Source: Chlamydiota bacterium (GTDB taxonomy: Bacteria; Auribacterota; JACPWU01). Taken from it: 23,793 bases of DNA. The stretch lies in NCBI GenBank assembly GCA_016196885.1, contig JACPWU010000016.1, positions 1-23,793 on the forward strand. Reading direction: 5' to 3'. The position numbers and the translations under genes are program-made. Positions 9,941 through 19,112 of the stretch are shown here, piece after piece; position 1 is the first letter of the stretch, and every line of letters starts with the position of its first letter. The notes under the pieces are model-generated. The model saw only the letters and a list, made by a program, of their open reading frames with translations. It was not told the origin of the DNA and did not search any database.

Positions 9941-9954
9941 AGAATGTTAATATA

Positions 9955-10037
9955 GCAGAATTCAGTAGTCAGAATCCAGAATCCAGAATAAATACCATTC
10001 CTTATTATTCTGACTTCTGTCTTCTGAATTCTGCTTC
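9955..10037. repeat. Intergenic tandem-repeat hairpin 5 (CAGAAT family, copy 2)
   Basis: 9955-9965 (GCAGAATTCAG) pairs perfectly with 10024-10034. The inner arms are further CAGAAT / [A/T]TTCTG units. It begins immediately after the recombinase stop (10038-10040). Confidence 0.88.
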
Positions 10038-10985
10038 TTACCCCCTCGGATGAAACTTCTGATGTACACTTTTAACTCTCGAGCGATCTACCATCGTATA
10101 AATTTGCGTAGTGGAGATATCGCAATGTCCTAACATTTCTTGAACCGCTCTTAAATCGGCCCCTCCTTCCAAAAGATGCGTCGCGAAAGAATGTCTCAAG
10201 GTATGGGGTGTGATTTCTTTTCGAATTCCACACAAGCGGGCACATTTTTTGATTCTCCCCCAGAGTGTCTGCCGGGTCAAATGCCTTCCCTGAGAGCCCA
10301 CAAAGAGATACTCTGAGACCTTTTCTCCCAAAATCATCGGCCTTGCCTTGCTCATATATTTCTGAATGGCCCTCAAAGAGGGAGCCCCCAAGGGCACAAT
10401 TCTTTCTTTGTTCCCTTTGCCAAACAATCGGACATAGCCCATTTGAAGATTCAGATCCAAAAGTTTTAGATGTGCCGCTTCAGAGACACGGGTGCCCGAT
10501 GCGTACATAAATTCAAGAATGGCCTTGTCTCTCAACCCTAAAGGAGTGCTTGAATCAGGTACCTTCAATAGTTTTTTAACCTCTTCGACATTTAAAACCT
10601 CAGGGAGGAGATGCCAGGTTTTGGGGCTCGAAAGAATTTCGGCCGGATTTTGAGAAAGGTATTCGTCTTTCAATAAAAATTTGAAAAAGGTGCGCAGCGT
10701 CGCTGTTTTTCTAGCCAGAGAACTTGCGGAAACCCCCTGGGCTTTTTTAAAATAGAGAAAATCCGTCAAATGCTGTGCGGTGATTTGATGAGCCGTTGTC
10801 ACTTTTTCCTTTTCCAGGAAGAGAAAAAATTGCTCGAGATCTAACTTGTAAGAAATTTGCGTATTTTGAGACAAACCCTTTTCAATCGCCAGATATTGAA
10901 TAAAATGTTCGAGTAAAGAAGTAAAAAGAGGGGTGTGAAGAATGCGTTTCTTTTCTTCTGGGTTTTGAATAGAGGATTTTTTCAT
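10038..10985 (-). CDS. Tyrosine site-specific recombinase, XerC/XerD family
   Basis: The C-terminal catalytic region is HTLRHSFATHLLEGGADLRAVQEMLGHCDISTTQIYT. An N-terminal SAM-like core-binding domain is present. I cannot separate XerC from XerD by eye. Confidence 0.88.
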   Translation of the reverse strand: MKKSSIQNPEEKKRILHTPLFTSLLEHFIQYLAIEKGLSQNTQISYKLDLEQFFLFLEKEKVTTAHQITAQHLTDFLYFKKAQGVSASSLARKTATLRTFFKFLLKDEYLSQNPAEILSSPKTWHLLPEVLNVEEVKKLLKVPDSSTPLGLRDKAILEFMYASGTRVSEAAHLKLLDLNLQMGYVRLFGKGNKERIVPLGAPSLRAIQKYMSKARPMILGEKVSEYLFVGSQGRHLTRQTLWGRIKKCARLCGIRKEITPHTLRHSFATHLLEGGADLRAVQEMLGHCDISTTQIYTMVDRSRVKSVHQKFHPRG

Positions 10986-10995
10986 TGATCCAGAC

Positions 10996-13041
<2,046 letters not shown>

Positions 13042-13048
<7 letters not shown>

Positions 13049-14073
13049 AATGCAAGATCAAAAGAGGAAAGACGGAGCTTGGCTTGAGACAAGATGTATT
13101 CTGGAAGGGTACGAAACAGGGTAAGATCTAAATCCTTGGAAAGGGAGTCAAGAGAGGCCTGGGCCCGATCACATAACGAGGTCATGACCTCAAGAGTTTC
13201 TGAAAGCCCTTGTCCTTTCATTAACCAACCCTGAATCTCAAGCTCAGAAACATCCTCTCTCTTTTCCGTAATGATGTCCTCCAAAATTTTTCTTGCACTT
13301 TTTTCAAGATGCGGCAAGAGATGAATCATCGGAAGTGTTAATTTCCCTTTTTTGAGATCTGTGCCCAGTGTTTTTCCTTCCGTCTCTACATTGCCAGCCA
13401 AATCTAGAATGTCATCACCTATTTGAAAGGCTTGGCCCAAGGCATCCCCATATTGTCCCAGGACCTCAACCCAAGCGTCAGGCGCACCCGCGATGATGGC
13501 CCCACCCCGGCAGCTCGAGGCAAAGAGAGAAGCTGTTTTTTTCTGAATCATCCGAAAATAGTCACCTTCAGTCAAATCCATACGATGGGAGCTATTCACT
13601 TGTAAAAGCTCACCCTCGCAAATATCCTTCGTGGTTTCAGAAACCAAGGTAAAAAGACGATAGGATTGAAGAGAAGATAAAAGCATGAACGCCCTTGCAA
13701 AAAGATAGTCGCCCAAAAGAACGGAGGTCGTATTTCCCCACTCGGAATTGACACTCTTGCGATGCCGGCGGACCTGGGCATCGTCTAAGACATCATCATG
13801 AAGAAGGGTCGCGGTATGGAGAAGCTCGGAAATCACAGCAAATAAAACGTGCTCTTCGGTGACAGAGCCCAAAACCCTTCCTACCGCAAGCACCAGAATC
13901 GGCCGCAACCTTTTTCCCTCATCCAGGGCAATGTGTTGGGCTGCCCTGTTGATAAAATCAAAGTCCGAAGAAATCGCTTCTTGAAAAATGCGGTTTTCAA
14001 CGGCCCATAAAGATCCTGATAAAGGCTCAACCAATTTTTTAATTTCTTCAAGTGTCATGAGGGGTCTAAACAA
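13042..14073 (-). CDS. All-trans polyprenyl diphosphate synthase (IspB/HepT-like; chain length unknown)
   Basis: The first Asp-rich motif is LLHDDVLDDAQVRR and the second is FQIGDDILD. Confidence 0.88.
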
Positions 14074-14563
14074 GATATTTGATTAATATTTTTTTAGACA
14101 AATATTTATCGAGGCCAAGCGTCCTTCCCGCATTTGTGAAAAGCATCGCTAAAAGAGAGACCATCATCAGTCCTGAATGCCACAAGGATTCTCCTCCCTG
14201 TGAACCCAGATAATAATTTGCGTAAAGAAGAATTCCAAAAAGAGCCGCAAGACCCGACAAAAAACCGATCACCAAAGAAATCCCGACATAAAATTCACCA
14301 ATGGCCGTAAAATAGGCAAAAAATTTGGCATGCGGAGCAATACAGTGGTTCAAGAATAACTGATACCAGATATAAGGACTGTTATGTTCCCATCGGGCAA
14401 CAAGGTGAGCAAATTCTCCAATGTAACTCGCCGTAAACTTCCCCAAACTGGCGTGAATAAAATAGGCTCCAAGATAGATTCTCAAAAGAGAGATCCAGGT
14501 TTTTCCTAAACCTGGCCCTTTTCCCCCTGATTCTGTATTTGTCCCCGATAAAGTTTTAGCCAT
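14066..14563 (-). CDS. DoxX-family integral membrane protein
   Basis: About 4 TM segments are present. LLRIYLGAYFIHASLGKF and the C-terminal GRTLGLDKYL resemble DoxX/DoxD proteins, from memory. The ORF track starts at TTG 14596. I prefer the ATG at 14561-14563 (MAKTLSG). It overlaps the downstream gene by 8 nt. Confidence 0.55.
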   Translation of the reverse strand: MAKTLSGTNTESGGKGPGLGKTWISLLRIYLGAYFIHASLGKFTASYIGEFAHLVARWEHNSPYIWYQLFLNHCIAPHAKFFAYFTAIGEFYVGISLVIGFLSGLAALFGILLYANYYLGSQGGESLWHSGLMMVSLLAMLFTNAGRTLGLDKYLSKKILIKYLV

Positions 14564-14671
14564 GTCAAGCACCCAAGAATTTTGCTGACTATACAACCAC
14601 AGGAAGGAGGTGATGTCAATTGTGAAAATAAGTGTTTAAGTTCGTAAGCGCTTAAGTTGAGCAGTACAATC

Positions 14672-14700
14672 TTGTAAAAACTCTATTCAAATGATATCAT
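14672..14700 (+). promoter_or_regulatory. Candidate sigma70-type promoter of the plus-strand island
   Basis: TTGTAA (14672-14677), a 17-nt spacer, then TATCAT (14695-14700). It lies about 30 nt upstream of the ATG at 14731, which has GAGGAG 7 nt upstream. Confidence 0.4.
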
Positions 14701-14730
14701 TAGCTCCAGAATTTAATGAGGAGAATGCTT

Positions 14731-15771
14731 ATGAAAAAATTTCTTGTTTCACTTTCGATTGTTTGCTTTTTAAGCGCCTTTGCATTTGCCGAGGATACGC
14801 TGCAATCCATGCACGATGCTTTTGGAAGGGGTTTCCAGGCTGTTAAATCAAAGAATAAAGAGGAAGCCGTTACTTGGTTTAAAAAAGCAGGAAATGACGC
14901 CACTCAAGCTCAAGAGTGGCGGGGATGTTTGGATGCAGGAAATGCGCTTCTGAAATTGGGATCCCCTCAAGATGCCGCTCCCCTTTTCCATGAAGCCTTT
15001 CAAATAGGACAATCTAAAAATGACTGGAGAATTTCTATTGCTTCAGGCTATGCCCTCGCAAGTCTTCCCCCAGACCTCCATGAGAAAGAGGCGGCGATTC
15101 AGGCCTTTTCTTCTGCGACCGAAGAGGCGAACAAAAAAAATGACTGGATTGGACTGACGGAAGCAGCCAAGGGCCTGATTCATGTGGGCGACACTTCTCA
15201 TGCGTCTCAAGTTCTCGCGGACACTCGCAAAGTTGTAGAAGCCACTCAAAATGCGAAGGGCGCCCAGGTGATTTCTGATCTCTATACCCAACTGGGGATG
15301 GCCAAAGAAGCAGAAGAAATGAAGGCAAAAAAAGAAAAATTTGAGCAAGCTCCAGGAGAATCGGGCCCGTATGTCGAGCCCCCTCCTGGGTGGAGCGCCA
15401 GCGGAGAAAGTGTGGCGAGCCCCTCTATTCCAAGTCCTGAACAGCAAAGAATGGCTCGAGAATCGGCTGACAAGGACATCGAAGCCAAAAATCAATATAT
15501 TGCGCAGCAAAGGGAAATAGAGGTCACCAGAGAACGCGAGGCCAACCAATACAGCTCCTATTATTACTATCCCTATGGCTATGCCTCCTACACAGCTTAT
15601 GAACCCTGGGGATGGGATCTTCTGACCCCCTGGGCTGATACTTATGCAGGTTATTACACTTATAGAGACGGCTATTACTCCTACAGCGGAAGCTACACCG
15701 GCTTTGGTTTCGCCTACGGCTATGCAGATGGGAATAGTTCTTTTGGCGTCAGCGTTTTTGTGAGCGATTAA
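14731..15771 (+). CDS. Secreted Sel1/TPR-like repeat protein with Tyr/Gly-rich C-terminal tail (function unknown)
   Basis: The signal peptide is MKKFLVSLSIVCFLSAFAFA/ED. Three ~40-aa helical repeats are marked by A..WF.KAG, QEW, NDW, NDW. A Pro-rich linker and a charged helix follow. The last 73 residues contain 19 Tyr. The start is set at ATG 14731 because GAGGAG sits at 14718-14723. The ORF track starts at 14716. Confidence 0.7.
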   Translation: MKKFLVSLSIVCFLSAFAFAEDTLQSMHDAFGRGFQAVKSKNKEEAVTWFKKAGNDATQAQEWRGCLDAGNALLKLGSPQDAAPLFHEAFQIGQSKNDWRISIASGYALASLPPDLHEKEAAIQAFSSATEEANKKNDWIGLTEAAKGLIHVGDTSHASQVLADTRKVVEATQNAKGAQVISDLYTQLGMAKEAEEMKAKKEKFEQAPGESGPYVEPPPGWSASGESVASPSIPSPEQQRMARESADKDIEAKNQYIAQQREIEVTREREANQYSSYYYYPYGYASYTAYEPWGWDLLTPWADTYAGYYTYRDGYYSYSGSYTGFGFAYGYADGNSSFGVSVFVSD

Positions 15772-15774
15772 AAC

Positions 15775-15996
15775 ATGATTAAAAACCATCGTTTGCTTGA
15801 AGAACTGGATCAGAAATACCTACGCCAAAAACGCAGAACTTATCATCAAGCCCTGGCCATTTATGAAGCCCTGTGGAAAGAAGCTGTGTATCTTGGAAAG
15901 CTCCCGCTTAAAAACATGATGGAAGGCTTGGAAAAAGACTTCAGAATCGCAAAGGCTCTGAATCATCCAGATTATGTTCGAAAAAATCCTCGCTAA
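15775..15996 (+). CDS. 73-aa helical protein of unknown function, partner of the downstream nucleotidyltransferase
   Basis: The ATG lies 4 nt after the upstream stop. The 3' end overlaps the next gene by 23 nt, suggesting translational coupling. No motif is recognisable. Confidence 0.5.
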   Translation: MIKNHRLLEELDQKYLRQKRRTYHQALAIYEALWKEAVYLGKLPLKNMMEGLEKDFRIAKALNHPDYVRKNPR

Positions 15997-16531
15997 GATT
16001 GCAAAAGTTTTAAATGAAAAAAAAATCCCTTACATGGTTATCGGGGGTCAGGCCTTACTTCAGTGGGGAGAGCCGCGCCTGACAGAAGATATCGATATCA
16101 CTTTAGGTTTTACATCCGATCGCTGCCCAGAGGTCACAACTCTTCTTCAAAAGATAGACATTAAGCCTTTAAAAGAGGCAACGGGTGACTTTATTAGAAA
16201 AACCAGCGTTTTACCATGCCAGGAATTAACAGAAGGAATTCGCATCGATTTTATCTTTTCCTTCTTACCTTATGAGGAGGAAGCGATTAGAAGAGCAAAA
16301 GGAATTCTGATAGAAAATCAAAAAGTAAAATTCGCTTCCGCAGAGGATTTAATCATTCATAAAATGTTTGCCGGAAGATCCAGAGACATTGATGACGTTA
16401 AAAATATTTTAATAAAACAAAAAGAAAATTTGGACTATTCCTATATTCATAAAAATCTACAGGAATTTTCTTCTTTGGAAGGGTATAAGAATATTCTTAA
16501 ACATTTTCAAGATTTAGAAAAAGACATTTAA
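15974..16531 (+). CDS. Minimal nucleotidyltransferase-fold protein (Pol-beta superfamily, AbiEii/DUF2204-like)
   Basis: The hG[GS]-x(n)-DxD signature is VIGGQALLQWGEPRLTEDIDITL. A third acidic strand is RIDFIF. The C-terminal helix AEDLIIHKMFAGRSRDIDDVKNIL is typical of small standalone NTases. Confidence 0.65.
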   Translation: MFEKILAKIAKVLNEKKIPYMVIGGQALLQWGEPRLTEDIDITLGFTSDRCPEVTTLLQKIDIKPLKEATGDFIRKTSVLPCQELTEGIRIDFIFSFLPYEEEAIRRAKGILIENQKVKFASAEDLIIHKMFAGRSRDIDDVKNILIKQKENLDYSYIHKNLQEFSSLEGYKNILKHFQDLEKDI

Positions 16532-17856
16532 TCCCTTTCTATTACATCCACAATGGCTTGACAAGTCATCTCTAAAAGCATCTGGAGCTCTTTTTGTTGA
16601 ATAGCCAAAGGGGGCATGAGAACAATCACATTTCCCAAGGGCCGCAAAATTGCACCGTATTTTCTAGCTTGCTGACAGACTTTAATACCCATTTTTTCTC
16701 TAAGAAGAAATTTTTCAAGTTCAATGCCAACCATCATGCCGCATTGACGAATTTCTTTAACATGAGAGAGCCTATTAAATCTAACCAGTTCTTTTTTCAA
16801 GAAGACAATATTTTTCTGAACTTTTTTGAGTAATTTTTCCTTTTTAAATAATCTAAGGCTTTCAAGCGCCACCGCACAAGCCAAGGGATTTCCCGTATAG
16901 GTGTGACCATGAAAGAAAGTTTTGAACTGCGAATATTCTCCCAGAAAGGCGTTGTAAATTTTTTCCTTCACCAAGGTGGCAGCCAAAGGTAGATAACCTC
17001 CTGTCATCCCTTTCGCAACCGCCATGAGATCAGGCGTAACTTTCTCATGCTCACAAGCAAACATTTTTCCTGTCCGTCCAAAGCCCGTGGCCACCTCATC
17101 CACAATCAAAAGAATGTTGTGACGATCACACAGCTTGCGAACGGCCTTTAAGAAACCATTTGGGTGAAGGAGCATCCCCGCCGCTGCTTGAATTAAGGGC
17201 TCCATCACAACGCCAATGATCCTATTTTTATTTTGAACCATCACCTCTTCCATTTTCTGAATCAATGGATTTGTTGCATCCTTGTTCCTAAAAAAGTAGG
17301 GAGAAGGAAAATGAATCACATCAAAAAGAAGCGGCTTAAAAATGCGATGAAAAAGATCCATACCTCCGACACTTACTGAACCCAAGGTATCGCCATGATA
17401 GTCTTCACGGAAACTGATGAATTTTGTCCTCTGCGATCCGGGTTCTATATGCTGCCAGTATTGGTAGGCCATTTTGAGAGCGACTTCGACCGCCGTTGAA
17501 CCATTGTCGGAGTAAAAAACCTTGGTGAGTCCTTTGGGAGCGATTTGAATCAATTCTTTTGCCAATTCAATGGAAGGAACATTGGCCAACCCTAAAAGTG
17601 TACTGTGTGCAATCTTCTTTAACTGCCTTGTGAGCGAGCGATCCAATGCCTTCTTCCGATGCCCATGCACCGTTACCCAAAGGGATGAAACACCATCTAA
17701 ATATTTTTTACCATCCGTATCCTGTAAAAAGACTCCGTCGCCACTTTCAATGATCAGAGGATGATCTTCTACCCAATCTTTCATTTGGGTAAAAGGGTGC
17801 CAAACGTAAAGCTTGTCGAGTTCTTGTAAACGTAATGTTTTAGAATTTTTTGTCAT
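16528..17856 (-). CDS. bioA: Adenosylmethionine-8-amino-7-oxononanoate aminotransferase
   Basis: It is a class III aminotransferase with DEVATGFGRTGKMFA. The N-terminus (LWHPFTQM-type, here VWHPFTQMKD) is typical of BioA. It is adjacent to bioF. Confidence 0.9.
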   Translation of the reverse strand: MTKNSKTLRLQELDKLYVWHPFTQMKDWVEDHPLIIESGDGVFLQDTDGKKYLDGVSSLWVTVHGHRKKALDRSLTRQLKKIAHSTLLGLANVPSIELAKELIQIAPKGLTKVFYSDNGSTAVEVALKMAYQYWQHIEPGSQRTKFISFREDYHGDTLGSVSVGGMDLFHRIFKPLLFDVIHFPSPYFFRNKDATNPLIQKMEEVMVQNKNRIIGVVMEPLIQAAAGMLLHPNGFLKAVRKLCDRHNILLIVDEVATGFGRTGKMFACEHEKVTPDLMAVAKGMTGGYLPLAATLVKEKIYNAFLGEYSQFKTFFHGHTYTGNPLACAVALESLRLFKKEKLLKKVQKNIVFLKKELVRFNRLSHVKEIRQCGMMVGIELEKFLLREKMGIKVCQQARKYGAILRPLGNVIVLMPPLAIQQKELQMLLEMTCQAIVDVIERD

Positions 17857-17867
17857 TTTTTGAGAAA

Positions 17868-17952
17868 CCAGAATTCAGAATTCAGAAGTCAGAATAAAAA
17901 CAAATAACATCCTTATCATTCTGAATTCTGGATTCTGAATTCTGAATTCTGC
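17868..17952. repeat. Intergenic tandem-repeat hairpin 6 (CAGAAT family, copy 3)
   Basis: 17869-17887 (CAGAATTCAGAATTCAGAA) pairs perfectly with 17933-17951 (19 bp). 17890-17895 also pairs with 17925-17930. The right arm lies inside the last 12 codons of bioF. Confidence 0.92.
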
Positions 17953-19112
17953 TTTGCAAAATTTAAAACCTTCAACACCCTATCTAAATGTTTATTCGTA
18001 TGGTTCGCCATCAAGCTAAACCGAATTCTCCCCTCTCCTTCTGGAACCGTTGGCGGGCGAATGGCCGGGGCATAAACTCCTCCTTTCATTAAAACTTCAG
18101 ATGCTCGTAAAGTTTCCTCATCCCCGCCGACGATCCATGGATAAATGGGCGTTTGATCTTCGGGCATTTTAAGTCCTATATGATTGAGACCCTTGTAAAA
18201 ATATTCTACATTTTTTCTTAGACTTTTCACCTTGTCAGAATTTTTTTCCAAGATTTGAATGGCCTTTAAACTCGCAGCACAAGCACCTGCAGGAAGGGCT
18301 GTAGTATAAATAAAACTCTTTGATTGGTTACGCAGATAATCTATTAAACTTTCTTTTCCTGCAATAAATCCTCCCAAAGATCCGAGGGCCTTGCTAAAAG
18401 TGCCCATGATAACAGCCACTCTATTGGGATCCAATCCAAAATACTCCAAAGCCCCTCTCCCTTTCTCGCCCAACACCCCCGTGGCATGGGCTTCATCTAT
18501 CATCAAGTGCGCACCATGCCTTTCACAAAGCGCGAGCAATAAAGGCAAAGGTGCAATATCTCCATCCATGCTAAAAAGGGTTTCCGTGATAACCCATTTT
18601 TTTCTAAAATTTTTGTCGGAGCCGTTTTTTAAAATTTCTTCCAAGCGATTCATGTCTTGGTGAGGATACACCCAAAGTTTAGATTGAGCCACACGACAAG
18701 CCTCCACAATGCTGGCATGATTGAGGCGATCCAAAACAATCAAGTCGTCCGAATTCATCAGCGCGGAAATAGCCCCCAAGTTGGCCATGTAACCTGTGGG
18801 ATACACAAGGGCGCCTTCAGTCCCTTTCCATTTTGAAATCGCTTCTTCCAGGGACTCATGAAGAGAGGTGTTCCCGCTGATGAGACGCGATGCCCCGGAT
18901 CCCGACCCATATTTCAGGGTCGCCCGAACGGCGGCCCATTTCACTCGAATATCCTGGGCAAGACCCAAATAATTGTTCGAGGAAAAATTAATATATGCCT
19001 TAGAACCCATGGAAATCAAGGGACCCTTATTTTGGGTCACTTTTCTCAAGGATCGATAGCGATTTTTATCTTTGAGAGTTTTAATTTCTTCTTCAAATTC
19101 TAAAATTTGCAT
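17916..19112 (-). CDS. bioF: 8-amino-7-oxononanoate synthase
   Basis: It is an alpha-oxoamine synthase with HATGVLGEKGRG and the PLP-lysine motif TFSKALGSLGG. The C-terminal QNSEFRIQNSE* is encoded by the hairpin arm. Confidence 0.9.
   Translation of the reverse strand: MQILEFEEEIKTLKDKNRYRSLRKVTQNKGPLISMGSKAYINFSSNNYLGLAQDIRVKWAAVRATLKYGSGSGASRLISGNTSLHESLEEAISKWKGTEGALVYPTGYMANLGAISALMNSDDLIVLDRLNHASIVEACRVAQSKLWVYPHQDMNRLEEILKNGSDKNFRKKWVITETLFSMDGDIAPLPLLLALCERHGAHLMIDEAHATGVLGEKGRGALEYFGLDPNRVAVIMGTFSKALGSLGGFIAGKESLIDYLRNQSKSFIYTTALPAGACAASLKAIQILEKNSDKVKSLRKNVEYFYKGLNHIGLKMPEDQTPIYPWIVGGDEETLRASEVLMKGGVYAPAIRPPTVPEGEGRIRFSLMANHTNKHLDRVLKVLNFAKQNSEFRIQNSE

Noticed and set aside
8857-10037. 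Could the repeat-rich intergenic elements be a CRISPR array?
   Set aside because: The units are only 6-12 nt and directly abutting, with no spacers. Each locus is an inverted pair of arms around a loop. No cas genes are present in the window.
9941-10037. T-box or riboswitch leaders upstream of trpS and tyrS.
   Set aside because: The gaps are under 100 nt and fully occupied by the simple repeat hairpins. There is no specifier loop or T-box sequence.
14613-14639. GGAAGGAGGTG followed by an 8-codon ORF (MSIVKISV) on the plus strand.
   Set aside because: The SD-to-ATG spacing is only ~2 nt. The ORF lies upstream of the only plausible plus-strand promoter. The purine run may be fortuitous.
15043-15789. 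248-aa minus-strand ORF, plus the 97-aa and 68-aa ORFs, antisense to the secreted-protein gene.
   Set aside because: These are shadow ORFs across a low-complexity gene. They have no start context or motifs. The plus-strand gene has an SD, a signal peptide and a repeat structure.
15826-15849. RQKRRTYH in the 73-aa protein fits the R-x(4-6)-H spacing of HEPN RNase motifs.
   Set aside because: 73 aa is too short for a HEPN fold, and the motif is highly degenerate. I mention it only as something a profile search could settle.
17821-17845. TTGTAAAC-like sequence near the bioA 5' end, as a possible BirA operator.
   Set aside because: It lies inside the bioA coding region. It has no inverted partner at the spacing expected for BirA operators.
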